Positions 11,615-27,300 of a stretch of 64,000 nucleotides of DNA are shown one piece after another. The DNA lies in the NCBI RefSeq assembly GCF_024521635.1, contig NW_026250407.1, positions 1,054,001 to 1,118,000 of the forward strand, written 5' to 3'. A model generated the notes under the pieces. It saw nothing but the letters and a program-made list of their open reading frames with translations. It searched no databases and was not told where the DNA came from. Positions within the stretch are counted from its first letter, which is position 1. Every line of letters starts with the position of its first letter. The DNA comes from Tricharina praecox. Its lineage: Eukaryota. The position numbers and the translations under genes are program-made.

Positions 11615-12297
11615 CTTTTGGTTTTGGTTGATTGGGGGGTTGGTTGGTAAAACGGGGTGGGAGGTTGGTGGTTGGTTGGTTGGTGCGGGGAGGGAGGAGG
11701 GCTGGGGGTTGGGGAGTTGCGGGAGGTGTGTTGTGTGGGAATGGGTGCGAGGCTGGGGATGGTGGATAGGTAGGGTGGATAAGGTGGCTTGGGTCCGGAT
11801 GCGGTGGCTTGGGAGTCTTTTCCGCGTGGCAGGTGGTTGTGGGGGGAGGGAACTTTACACTCTACATATCGCGGGCTGTGGCCTGCAAGTGACACACAGC
11901 AAGAGAGCCATAAGCCAGCCATAAGCCATACAAAAGCCATAAAGAACGCAGAAGAAGAATGGCCTCGCGTCGCACATAGTGCCGCGAACGTGGGTATGTA
12001 CCAGTACCAGGTTCTAGAAGCATCTTGCCTGCTTGCTCCCCTCGCGCCGCCGCCGCCCACGGACGGACGGGACCGTACAGTACATTTTGCGTTGCGCAGG
12101 CGGGAGTGAGTACCTGGGTGGTGCTCTGGGGAAGGTTATATTAAGCAGGCGAACTCAGATCGTGATAGTTAGTAGAAAGTAGATGGAAGCGACCTTTCTT
12201 TTGCATGTGTGCGCATCCAACTCGAATGCGATGACGGTGATGGAGGGGAAGAAAAAAGGTACACGGTGCGAGACTGGTGGAGACCAGAGCACGATGC

Positions 12298-12312
12298 GGG
12301 AACCTTGGTGGT
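12298..12312 (-). promoter_or_regulatory. Candidate zinc-response (ZR) motif upstream of the Zap1-like gene
   Basis: Minus strand ACCACCAAGGTTCCC contains the CARGGT core associated with ZafA targets; about 220 bp upstream of the ATG. Confidence 0.35.
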
Positions 12313-12528
12313 TACTCTACCTGAGAGCCGAGAAGGCGGCTGGAACAGTATGAGACAGAAGCGACTCTCTCTCTTACCCCCCACACACATACCACCCCTC
12401 AACCAATAATCAATCAATCAACCGTAGTGCGCCTCGCCGCCCCCCATCGACCGACTATCGACCAGAGCGCATCAGAGACGATCCTCCGCCCACATCTTCC
12501 CCCTCCCCCATAGCCCCCACCGCTCGCT

Positions 12529-14846
<2,318 letters not shown>

Positions 14847-17800
14847 CTTGAGGAGGTGCCTGAGCATACGGTGTATATTTTTTTGTTCTCCGCAGTGCAT
14901 AGAGTACAATACGTGCAAGCCGGAGAAGCGATTTTGGTGATTGTACTGAGTACATGTGTCATGGGAATGGGGATGGGAATGGTGTCTGCTGCAGCAGCAG
15001 CAGGTAGGTGGGTACATAAGTGGGTGGTAAGAGCGCGGTTGACGCTATCACCGCGGCACATACTTTGTAGGAAGTGGAGTCGAATAGGTACATAGACACG
15101 TTCGTCGTCGGTGCGGCACGTTGCACTCACTCGCGAGTCACGGATGATGAGCGGTGATTGATGATAGTTGTGTATGATAGGTAGCCGCAAAGAAAAGACC
15201 AGAGACCAAAGACTAAAGACCAAAGCACTGTAACTACACCATCGCTGCGAATGCATACTCCTCCAGACTCGAAGGTCATTAGTATTCCCCCTTGCGCTGT
15301 GGGCACTGGGCACTGGGTGGGTCGGCCGTGTATGTAGCACACAAGATGTTTCCCCGGAAAGATCTCATCGTCGTCGGCGAGGACACGCTCGTTGTATCCT
15401 GATCCAGTGTCGTCCCTCCAAGAAACCTAGGTACATAGATCATGCCAGCGGGCTGATGCAGCACTTAGCACTCAGCACTCAGCACTCGGTGGCACACTGC
15501 GCAGACGACCGGCCCCCTCGCCGGTGCGAGCGGTCTTCTCGGGGGACATGGACGGACTTCATTGGGGCGGGGACTGTCTACCCAGTACTTAGTACCGTAG
15601 TGGAAGGGCCTTCAGGCTTCAGGCTTCATACCTTCAATGTTCATACCTTCATACCCACTCACGCCGCACGGAAGCCTTATCGCCGGCACCGGCTCGGACA
15701 CAGTACCTATCATATAGGGCATGTAATAAAGTTCGAAGCCTTATGTATGCTGTATGTAAGCCTAGATATTCTTATAAACCTTCTATAAGTCAGTCATAAG
15801 CCCGTGATGATGGTGGCCCGTGGGATCTAGTGGCTGGTATGTTGGATTATCTGGCCGGCCTGGCCTGGCCGTCTACAGACATGAAGAGAAGAGTGATATC
15901 GTCTCATTCACGAGGGCCTGTGGGGGGGGGGAGAGGATCTCGTCGATAGTGCCAGCGACAGTGAGTGATATGATGTGATGTGTGATTTGGTTCATCCCGG
16001 GATGGCTACATAGATACAGTACGGTACGGGTCCAGAAGTCCAGAAGTCCATCCAGCAGATGGCGGACGGGCTATACCGTAATCTGCAGGCCGTGGTAGAT
16101 TCTTGGCCAGCTCAGCTCGAGCAGCCCGGCGAGGCTGCCCCCACGTACCTATGTATAAACATCCGGACGTTGGAGAGATAAGTACCTACGTCATAGGTAG
16201 ATCGCCCATCTCAGCCTTCACCCCCGGTTTGATCGCGCTGGATAAGTAAACCCAGACGTTCGGGGGCTACATAGACGGCTAAATAGGCGGTAACCGAAAG
16301 TGTCGCCGAGTCACGAGGTACTCTACCTAGGCGGAAGTTAAAGTCGCTCCCGAAAAAACATATCTATGCCCAGTTTGGATCTATCATAGTACAGCTCTCT
16401 TCCCACATGCCCACATGCTCACATGCCTACATGCTTACGGTATCTTTCCCACGCAATCAAACCACGACCTGGCAAAACCTTAATGGACGCGACCTCCACT
16501 CAGCTGCCAAATCCGCCCCGAAAAAACAAACCAAAAATGAAATATCCGGAAACGGACACCGAGTGATTGCCCGTGTTCGCTATCTAGATCTTTCAGCTCC
16601 TCGAGTCACTTCCTTGCTGCCCTAATCAGCTATGTAGGTAGGCAGCTAGCTGGGTGGGTATGTATGTAGGCAGGTAGGCAAGTAGGCAAGCAAGCAGGCA
16701 GGCAGGACTTCCGTCATCCTGCTTCCCCCCGTTTCCCCCATCTCCCCCCAGAATTCCTTTTTCCCCGTGCCGAGGCAGGTTTTCCCTCGGAGATGCACAC
16801 ACAGCGAGTTTCGATGGATGGATGGATTGGATGGATGTGATGGATTGATGGGAAAGATAGCTGGAGAGATGGATGATGGATTGGATGGCTGTATGGTAGG
16901 ATTGCTTTTTCCGTTCTCGCCCCCTCCCGGCCTCGGCCCGTTTTTGCTTTTTCCCCCTTCTTCTTCTTCTTCTTCTTCTTCTGGATTTTATGTGGATATG
17001 TATGTATCCTGACGAAAAAGTAGGATGCAGAAGTATGTACCCCACGTTCTCGCCCTCCGCTCATTCACCCACCCACTCACTCATAGCCTACATACAGGTG
17101 CGTGCGGGCCGGCCGGAGATGGGCGAGTACCTAGAGAAGCGAGTATGTAGCGAGTAAATGCCTGGTGTCATTGGAAAGCCGGCTGTTTTCGCGGGGATAC
17201 CTACTTACTTACCTACGTCGAATACCATATGCTCTGGATATGATATATCTACCTTGTACTTACAAACACAATTGGAATCTGGGTCCACACGCAGCTGAAC
17301 TGGAGCCGCACGTGGCCGCCCTGTCCGGCGTTTTTTTCCGGTCCTGAGGTTTACAGATGGAGGGGCGGAGCTCGTGCTCCCATGCCCCGGCGACCGGCGA
17401 TGCTCTTGGGACGTCATGTGTGGGGGATGGTAGAGCGCTGGATGGCTGGAGAGTCGGAGTGGGACCGGCGAGAAATGACATTGGACGGCAGCGACGGGAA
17501 GCACGAGGGCTTGCTTGGAGTCTACCGTATGCTACGGGATGACTCTGCTCTGCTTCGTGGTGGTTGGGCTTTCTGCTTCGGGGTCGGATATCCGAGTCAG
17601 TGTTCATGTTCTGGGTAGGAATTTGTAGGTATATACCGTGTCCTTTTTGGACGGCAGTGGTGGCAGGTGCGGATCGGCGGGATGCAGTGCGTGGGGAGTA
17701 GTGTAGGCTCCAAACGTCGCTGTCACTGTCGATGGCATCGATTCCTACGTACCTGGGTGCTCTGGATGCGGTGGTGAAGGCTAACCTAACCACCGGGGAC

Positions 17801-18577
17801 AAACCTATGAGTAGCGATGCCGTAGGCATGTGCATAACTACCAGGTGGTAGTCATATCCTTCCGGGACGGCAGTAGAGCAGAGTCTCTCGAAATTCTTTT
17901 TAGTCCGGTGTTTCCATCCGGAGGGCTAAATAAGTACCGTAAATACCGTACATACTTTCGTGATTCCTTTTTTCCCTTTTTTCTTTCTTTTCGGTTCCGT
18001 AAGCCCTTCCATGGTGATTCCTTTTTCTCTTCTGCTTCTTCTGCAGAGCACACGGTATGTAGAAGGTGTCTTATCCAGAGATATGTATGCAAGTAGAGTA
18101 CCGTAGGTAGCTGGCCATCACGGAACGAGAAAAGCGGGCGGGAAGTGCTTCTCTTCTATTCCCTCCGTTTGGTCTTCTAAATCCCCCACATGTGCGTGCG
18201 TGCGAGTTGTACATACCCAAGTATGTATCATCAACGGCAGTTGGTAGTTATTCGCCTACCTCTGTACATCCGAGTACTACGGTACGTACGGTACGGTAGT
18301 ATGTAAGTACATACATACGTACAGTACCGTACATCCAGCCATTGGAATCCTGCACATCGTGAAAGATCCCATCCTTCCCATTCGCATTCCCATTCGCATT
18401 CCCGTCCCCATTCGAGCTGGAGCCTGGAGGAACCGACGACCGCAAGACCCTGCGTCTGCCAGCGGCCAGCCCAGTCATCCCAGACCCGACCATCACAGCA
18501 CAGGGACAGACGCATCTAGCTGAGCGCGCGGTAGGCGGTCCCCCCACCCCCCCGCTTCCCTCCCCCCAAGAGATCAA

Positions 18578-18657
18578 CAGCCATCCAACAGCCATCCAAC
18601 AGCCATCCATCCAGCCATCCATCCAGCCATCCATCCAGCCATCCATCCAGCCATCCA
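18578..18657. repeat. Minisatellite (CAGCCATCCATC)n / CCATCC-rich
   Basis: Directly visible tandem units. Confidence 0.85.
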
Positions 18658-20746
18658 ACGGCCCGTCATTCTTCCTTCCCTTCCTTCCCATCTCCCCCAC
18701 CGGTCCATGGGGGCCAAAACCGGTATGCCCAACCCATCCCATCACATCCCCCCGGACGACCAGTTCCTTGGCAGAATTGCTTTTCTAGAGACGATCTACA
18801 GCAGACGACATGATGTTCGCGGAACATAGAGTAACGGTTTTGCTTTTTCCCTTTTTTAGTTTTTTAGTTTTTTTTTCGGGGCCTGCTTTAGTTTAGCTAT
18901 ATTTTTTTTGCTTTTTATGAAGGGAGTGGGGGGAGCCTGGGGGAGAAAGGGTGGGGAGAAAGAAAGAGTGGGGAAATGGACGGTGACGGTGACTTAGAGA
19001 AGAGTAGACTCCGATTGACGGCATGTCGATCCAGCCAGACACGCAGCTAGACACACAGACACACATCCAGACTGACAGACGGATTGACGGATGGACAGAT
19101 GGTGCTTTTCTAGAGCGGCCGTGCATGTTCCACAGAAGAAGCGATCATGAGCATGTGCGTGCCTGTGTGGGTGTCTGCCTGTCTGTGTGTGTGCGTGTAG
19201 GATGGGGAACATGACGACGATATTGGGGATCATACACACTCTATGCGCAACCTCCGTCCGTTCCGTCCGAGACATTGCGGAGGAGCGCACAGGAAAACGC
19301 TCCTGCTCCGGCCAATCGTACCTGACTGGCTGGTCCGAAACCCCACCCACCCACGCACCCATTCTCCCGCCGAGTCTCACGCACGCAGGCGGTCACGTTG
19401 ACGTCTGCGGAAGATACGGTATTCAGAGTAGGTATGGCTGAAACCTGTTACCTGCTGGACGTCTGTGACTTGACTTGATGCAGGATACGATACGGCGAGA
19501 TAGAGTACGTACGGTAGGCCTAGGCACGCCCCCAATTGACTGATAACGCCGCCCTCCGTGCACGTCGGTGACGCTGGGCAGTCCGCAGAAGCGGAGCACT
19601 TGCCTGCATAGACTGCGTCTAGATTCTAGACCGCCCCCTCCGACGTTGATAGCGAGCACGGCGGCCCCGGCGGCGACGGCGGCGGTGACGGTGATGGCGG
19701 TGGTGCTCCACAGTACTATGATGTGGTACTGGTAGGTGCATTACGCAGGGATCGCCCCCTCACTCACTCACTCCCTCCCTCACCCCCGTGCGAACCATCC
19801 GAACCAAACCAAGGCCGTTCCACTTCGACTCCGCAAGCCTTAGTCGCCGGGTGGGTGTCTGCGTAGTGTCTGCGGAGTGGAAGCAGGAATCCTCGTCGTA
19901 CATACCGTGCACACCGGAGATATTGGAGATATGTATTGAAGATATTAGAGGCGTACGTGGCCAACCACCAGGTACATACATGTCTAGCCGGAAGCTGGCG
20001 GACGGAAACTCTTCATGTGGAGCACTGGAGCTGTGCTGTGGAGCTGTGGAGCTGTTGTTGAGCATGCACGCCGTACGCACGCAGGCGTGTGGATGTGTGG
20101 ATGTGTGGATACCGGTATGGTATGTATGGGGTCTCCGAGACGATAAGGCTCCCCCTTCCCTTGAATCCCTTCCAACTTCCAGGTTTCCTTCCCCCCTTCA
20201 GGTTTCCTTCCAACTTCCATCCATCCTTCCTTCCCCCGTTTCCGTCGGTGGATCACTGACTGGCTGAGGGTAATCTGCGCTGGTTGTACCGTATGTAGAG
20301 TATGTACCGTATGTGCTCACTCGCCTGAGGCCTCCACCCACACCGGCGCGGCCCGCTGGCAGCTTACTTCGGTTGAGTTGGCGGGATTCGAATCCTCGCT
20401 CCCATCTCTCGTCTCTCATTCGTTCTCTCATTCGTTCTTGCGGTGGGCCGGTGGCCGCCTGGGTAAACCATCATCCATCAGACATGTAATACTACTAGCA
20501 AGTCACTAACTACCCGCCAGCCTATCCAGTCGTGACCATAATACCACTACACACATCCCATTGCGGTACATCCTCCCCCCACACAGGCCACAAAGCAAAG
20601 CAAAGCAAAAGAACAGCAAAGAAGAAGAAGAAGAAGAAGAAAACATACTGATCACCCCATCCCATCACCCCATCTCATCTCATCTCATATCTCATGTCTC
20701 TCGTACCCGTCCCCGTCCTTCTCGCCTAGACGCCGAACGTCCTACA

Positions 20747-20777
20747 TGTGTGTGTGTGTGTGTGTGTGTGTTGTGTG
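20747..20777. repeat. (TG)n microsatellite
   Basis: Directly visible. Confidence 0.9.
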
Positions 20778-21082
20778 TACTGTACATCACTAAGAAGAAG
20801 TACCGTAGCTATGGTCTCAGCCGTGGGTGGGTGAGGAATCACCGGGCGGGCAGCGGCACAACCGCATCCGCTTGGCAGTTTGGTTCAGTCCAGTTCCTTT
20901 CGGGACAATGGGCACGGACTCCGTGGGGAAGAATGTAGGACGACGACGAGGAAAAGCGCGGGAGATCATGGATCCCGATTCCAGACTCAAGAGACGAGAA
21001 GGAAGGAAGGAAAGGAAAAAAAAGGTACTCTACCTACGCGAGCGAGCGAGGAAGAAAGAAAGCAAAAAGAAAAGAAAAGAAA

Positions 21083-21171
21083 GGAAAAGGAAAAGGAAAA
21101 GGAAAAGGAAAAGGAAAAGGAAAAGGAAAAGGAAAAGGAAAAGGAAAAGGAAAAGGAAAAGTAAAAGGAAA
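21083..21171. repeat. (GGAAAA)n microsatellite in a long polypurine tract
   Basis: About 14 tandem GGAAAA units; a second A/G tract at ~21545-21645. Confidence 0.95.
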
Positions 21172-22084
21172 AGAACAAAAAGGAAGAATCCACGACGCAC
21201 GTGGAGATTCGGATGTCGAGAGAGAGAGAGATACACAGATAACGACGCAGGCGCACGGCACAGAGCGTGTGCAGAGCAGATGTGTATGTAGGATATGCTA
21301 TCCACCAAAAGAACTTGTTGGAACTTGGTACCACTGAAAGATATACCTGTGTACATGTGTCTCTTACTTACATACAGCGGAGACGGAGGAGACGGAGGAG
21401 ACGAAGGAGGTATGGAATAAGAGGATGCATTCGAAGGGCATCTCCGTCTGTACATGTTATGTTATGTATCATATCCATCTCCATGATGTTGTGGGGGATG
21501 AGGAGGAGGAGGAGACGTACCAACAACAACAGAACGACAGGAGTAAAGAAAGAAAAAGAAAAAGAAAAAGAAAGAAAAGAAAAGAAAAGAAAAGAAAGAA
21601 AAGAAAGAAAAGGAAAAGAAAAACATAAAAGAAAAAGAAGAAAAAGCCTCCCCACGCACGGCAAGGCAAACAAGCGAGCGAGAGCGAGCGAAGGAAGAAG
21701 TAACGAAGGAAGCTATGATACCCACCTCATACCTACCAAGCTCTCGCTCACAGCTCAGGTTGGCACTCCACTTCCCACAGTCCCACTCCACTTCCTACTC
21801 CACTTCCTACTCTGCCTATACTCCTACTCCCCTCCTCAGCGCTGTTTTAACCGAAGAATCGGCGGCGGGCGGGATCAGAATGATGAATCTGGAATCCTCA
21901 GGCCTCAGGCATCTCACATCTCACACTTCCATCTCACACGCACATCTCACGCATGGAGAAAAACGAAAAACGAAAAAGCGTGCCCATGTTCATCCACATC
22001 CACATCCAACACATCCCATCGATCTCGATGCAGTCGCCGACGACGAGTCACCCAACCGACAAAACCGATGGGGGACGAAACTGA

Positions 22085-22178
22085 TGGGGGTGTAGGATGG
22101 GGGCGTAGGACGGGGGCGTAAACGGGGGCGTAAACGGGGGCGTAAACGGGGGCGTAAACGGGGGCGTAAACGGGGGCG
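22085..22178. repeat. 12-bp minisatellite (GGGGGCGTAAAC)n
   Basis: Degenerate units followed by near-perfect ACGGGGGCGTAA units. Confidence 0.9.
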
Positions 22179-23040
22179 GTAGAGTGAGCGGATGTGATGC
22201 GCCCCACCCGTCACCCCTCCTACCTATCATATGGGGAAGCGGAGACCCTTCCGGCCGGGATGCGGATGGGGGGTTGTGACATGCGGCTTGGATCAGGTAC
22301 ACTGCATCACTGACTGCATCACTGCAGACAGTTCGTCCGGTCATTCGTTCGTGACCGAGGACCCTTCCTGATGAGTGTCGGTGGTGATGTTACTCCATCC
22401 TGCCCCGATCAAGGATCCTTCCCATCCCTTCCTGATGGGTGTCGGTCATGATGATGTTACCTACTTTACCTACTCCACGTTGCTGCGACCAAACTTGGCT
22501 CGACAGCCTACATATCATCATACATAAAACTCACTCAGCAACGGAACGTGTACTCCTGTTCGCTGCGGCCAGACCCTAAGTGGTTAGATAGGTAGATGAT
22601 CCCCCGCCGTTACGAGTACATACAAAAGGTATGCTCGAGTTGACCGTCAACGCCTCTTGAAGCCAAGCTATATGAAAAACAAGCCTCAGAGACAAGAGAG
22701 ACAGAGCGAGAGTCTGACGGGCTGCAGTGCCTTGCTACGTGTTTCAAGGGTGGAGCTTTTGAGGGATTTGCTCCGGTATATCCGGGAAGGGATCCGCAAC
22801 GGACGGAACCAGCACAAACTCAATGGAATGCCTCCTCTGTGGCTTTTTTGTGCTCCATTTGCTTGCTTGCTCGGGTACCCCCTTCTTCACCCCTCGCTGG
22901 ACGGTTTCACACGGACGGACTCACAGTCACGGTACGGTTCGGAGAGTAAAAGTTTTTGAACATCTGGTAGGTATTATTAAGTCGGCCGGTACAAACGGCG
23001 CTGTCTGTCCATGGCATCCACAACTAGACTCTCGAAGCGC

Positions 23041-24387
23041 TTAAGGCTGCTGCCGGTAAAGAACAATCTCGGACTGCTTGAAGTATCGTCTAGCGTCTGG
23101 AGTTTTTTAGTCGCCATATTAGTATCGAGCCGCCCTAGTCCAAGGATGCGGAGATCCACAGGCCTCGCCCCCCCCCGCTGAGCAAGTGTGGGGGGCAGAT
23201 AGGCAGTAGGGTGGAAGAAAATAGTGTGAACGAACCTTCATCGATCAGGACCAGACTCAGGTAGTAGCGTGTCGAGTACTTCTTGTTGACTTCGCGGAAC
23301 GTTGGAGTGAGGTCGAAGCCGCCTAGGAACAGCCTGATTGGAATCGTTTCGCCTGGAACAATTAGCTTGGAAATCAACGCAGTCCGCCATCAACTCCGTC
23401 GCGGATGTGTGTGTAGGTACCTCTTGATGGCGAGCCATCCATGATCTGTCGGCAGCACACCATCAGTCAGAACAAAAAACTTCCGCCACCCCCCGGACAT
23501 CGTAGGGCCCAAATACCTCAAACCTCACTAGGGTCTCGCTTTCGTTGTATTGATTGGGAGGGGTCCCGGTCGTCTCTCGCCGTATGATGGACAGCTCCAT
23601 GTGTTTGATCTTGAGTCGCACCAGCAAAAAGTATATCCGACCAACGATAACATCTTTGAGGTGATATTTGGATTTGGAGTACTCGAACTCGATGTGCAAG
23701 CAATCCTCAATCCCGACGTCCATCTTGATGGAGCTATTGCTCTCCGGAGGAATGCGGTAGGAGTAGACCCAGATATCCTTCTCCCGTATCACGTCCGCCA
23801 TCCGCCTCGAGACGGTTACGCGGAGAAAGTAGCGGAGCTTCACATTGATCCCGTTGTACGACTCGTACTGCTTCTCGACGTTCTTGAACTCGAACTCGAA
23901 CGTCTGGGGGTGCTGGAGGTCGCCAGGTGCGGCCAATTCCTGTCCGAGGGAGAGGAACTCGTAGTGGTTTCCACGATCGAAAAACATCTCTAGAATGCAC
24001 ACGTTTCTCTGCTCAGCAATTGTTCTCTATTTTTGTTTTTTGTTTTTTGTTTTTACTTCATCGTGTGAAACCACACGACGGATGTCCGGAGTTAGGCCCC
24101 GGAGGCGTGGGTTGTCCACAGCCGATGGAACCTACGGGGGACCGATGGGGGAGGGGAGGGGACCGACCTATTGTTCCAATGAATTGCACCTTGATGCCCG
24201 TGTGCTCCAAGCGCTTGCCATCCTTGGGCCTGATGGTAACAGCTCCCTTCACCGTCTCTCCGTCAGAATACAGCGGGCATTTCTCTTTTCTGTTCTTGTC
24301 GAGCTTGATGTCGACCATCTGCCGCTTGTCATCGGCATCATCGAGACGGATATCGATATCGAGGGGGGTGGAGAAGAAGTACGACAT
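23041..24387 (-). CDS. VPS26: Retromer subunit Vps26 (exons 24387-24168, 23989-23517, 23445-23421, 23352-23236, 23096-23041)
   Basis: MSYFFSTPLDIDIRL, KRLEHTGIKVQFIG, KMDVGIEDCLHIEFEY, IMDGSPSRGETIPIRLFL, RRYFKQSEIVLYR. Confidence 0.96.
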
Positions 24388-27300
24388 GGCGGGACGGGGC
24401 GGCGGGAATGGGCGGCGCGATAGGGCGGGACGGGGTGGAGGGGGGCGTGACGACGGAGGCGGGTTGGTTGTGTGGGTATGGAGGTGAAGCTCGGGCCGGG
24501 GAAGCTCTAGGGTGGAGGGCGGATGGTGGTGCGGAAGTTGGGCCAGGGCGATGAGGCTCAAGTGGGGAGTTTCGTTGTGGTGGGACCTCTCCGTGGACGA
24601 ACCGGGGTGTGTTCGCTGCGTTGTGCGCTGCGTTCGTGTCGCGGGGCGAGCATCAGCTCTCTTTGGCTGCTAAATGGCGCCAAACGGGAAAGCATCGGCT
24701 GACGAGCTCGAGGGGGGTAACCAGAGTAAATTCAGAGTAAATTGCATCTCATTGGGACAATTTGCGGTTATTGATTTTATCTGCTTGCTTCTTTCTCCTC
24801 AGTCTTTTGGCTTCTTTCGTCGCCGATGCACGTCAACCTACCAACCACAAACTAACCACAGACTAACCAACCAACACATCCGCTACTCGAGCAGGCTACG
24901 CACGCAACTCGAAGTAAGGAGGGACACACTCTATCCTGAGTTGCTTCTTTGCCAGTCCATCCGAAAGGAATCGAGGGGATTGGCCTTCGTCGCATCCGAT
25001 CCATCCCTGCCCAACCGCAGCCGCCGTATATATATATAAAGTTTATATATACACTTACTTGTCCATACACCGTCTCGTGATGGATTGAAACATGCTCCGC
25101 TGCCTCCTCCGCATACATAGCACTCAATCCACCGAGAGGTGGAGCAGTGGCGGCGGCGTGAAGTCGAATCCGATTGATTGAGTCCTGGATCGACCACTCA
25201 TCACATAAGGCAGGCCGTTGATCGATACGATACAGATGATGCGCGGTATGCACTCACATGCAAAGCCCCCGAATTCGTGCCTTCGCATTGCCTTGCATGG
25301 CTGTTTCGAATCCGTGAGCTGCGAGCTGTGGGCTGAACCGTGAGTTGTCGTGCTGGATGGATGGATTGCTGGATGACTGGATGGATGACTGGATTGCTGG
25401 ATGGATATCGATATAGCCATCATATGAAGCACCGTGGCGTGTAGAGGAAGAGGAAGAAGACGAGGCGGAAGCGGAAACAGAAGCGGAAGCAAACACAAAC
25501 GCAAACTCACAAACACACGCACTCTCCTCCATCCACTGGTACCGGTATTGGGCTGCGTACTATCCTCTACACCACTCCACCATTCGTGCACCCAAGTACG
25601 GCGTACGCACAGGTGATGCGGCTGCTATGCACTCTTTAGATACACGTATCATCCACAGCGAACCGACGCAGCACTCGCATACCTACGCTGTACGATACAA
25701 AGGGCCCCCCTTCCTACTCAGATCCAATACATCTCCACATATTTCGATGTGCACGCTGGCGCCTACGCCCGTTCGGTCTAGCTCGCTGGCCGTCGTCCCC
25801 GCGTGGGTTGTTTCGTGGCCAGCGTCGCACAGAGGCCATCACAGCGCTCATGCACCCCAGTTTTTTGCTTGCGGTGGCTGTCCCGGGCGAATCAGCTCGT
25901 GCCGTCCCAGATGTTCCCATCTCTGGGCCACACGGGATTCACCTGATCCAGCTAGGGCGACTTGGATTTCGCCGTCGGCAAGACCATTGGTCGGCACGAG
26001 CTTGCGCCAGAGGAAGAAGGAACGAAGGATGAGGGAGGCGCGGACACGGTCGGCACGGAAGGGTAGGGTGCTGGTGTGGGGGCGGGAGCACGCCGCGGCG
26101 GGGGGGCGGGCGGACATGGTGACCGTACATACCTGTGTATGTGGGGCTTTCGGTCGGGAACGATTCGAGCTGAGGTCACCCACCAAAGTACGGTACTGGT
26201 TACTACTCTGCGGTGCTATAGTACCATATAGTACCGTACACGACTACCACATGAGGCCCTTGGAGTGAAGTAGGGCAACCCACCAAAGTATTTGGTACTC
26301 TATCCAGCCCAATTGGCCGTATGAACTACTTACAAGTTACCTAAGTACCTCCCTACTGTACTGTTGCGCTTGTCCCGCCTCCTCCTCTTCCGCGAAGGCC
26401 GGCGTCCATACTGACTGCCTACATAGTAATGCCCCACCAGTGGCACGCCGTTCATGTGTGCTGTGTCATGGTGTGCATGTGCTTTGGTGTGGTCTCGTCT
26501 CGTCTTTTCTCGTCTCGTCTCGCCTCGGCCACCAGTCAAATCGGTCGAGCACGCTGTCTGCGATATAGGGCACTAGAGTACGGTAGCTGCTAGAGGAGCA
26601 GCAGTCTACCGTATTATACCTATGCACGCAGTTAGGTGTCTGCAGCATGATGGTCACCGCAGAGTCTATACGGTAGTAAAGTCTTCAACGCCCCCCTCAA
26701 CGCCCCAACCAGAACCAACAGCTGCATAACCACCGCAATGCACCATCGCCCAAGAGATTTCGGCTATCGCCGCATGCTTGCTCCCCAAAAGCAAAAAACA
26801 ACCACCATCACGCACCAGACCTGAGCTCGCTATCGCTCGAATGGACGTTCGGAGATCACTGCCGCCGCCGCCGCTCTCGTTCTGGTGGTTCCCATCCGTC
26901 CGTCCAACGGGCTTCGTCCTTTGCCCCCTCCTCCTCGTCGTGGTCCTTCGCCCCCCCTCCTCCTCCCCCTCATTCTCCCCACCCCCACCCACATCGCCGC
27001 CGCCGCCGCTGCTCATGGCAAGGTGCTTAGTACTAGTACTCTGGAGGCATAATAGTTTGCTTTCGGCCAGAAAGCCTACATCCTCGGTGTGGCCATCTTG
27101 TTTCGTCATTCATCCAGCAGGGCAAGGCCGGTTGATCCGAGCTGACCGGAAGCCCGTTCGGATCTTGACCCACAGACTCGCAGCCCAATTTCAGGGAGCA
27201 CCATGCACACATAGATGTGGATCATGATGTGGGATTGTGTATATATGTACATGTGTACATATATACTCATACATATGCTGCTCCATATAGACGGAAGTTG

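Noticed and set aside
20340..20400. tRNA or tRNA-derived SINE (GGATTCGAATCC, B-box-like)
   Set aside because: No A box, acceptor stem or cloverleaf on either strand.
20827..22121. Lys/Arg-rich ORFs (RKRKRK...)
   Set aside because: Translations of GGAAAA and AAAAG tracts with no coding-like composition.
22368..22500. Hammerhead ribozyme suggested by CTGATGA
   Set aside because: No downstream stem II-GAAA-stem III-UH arrangement.
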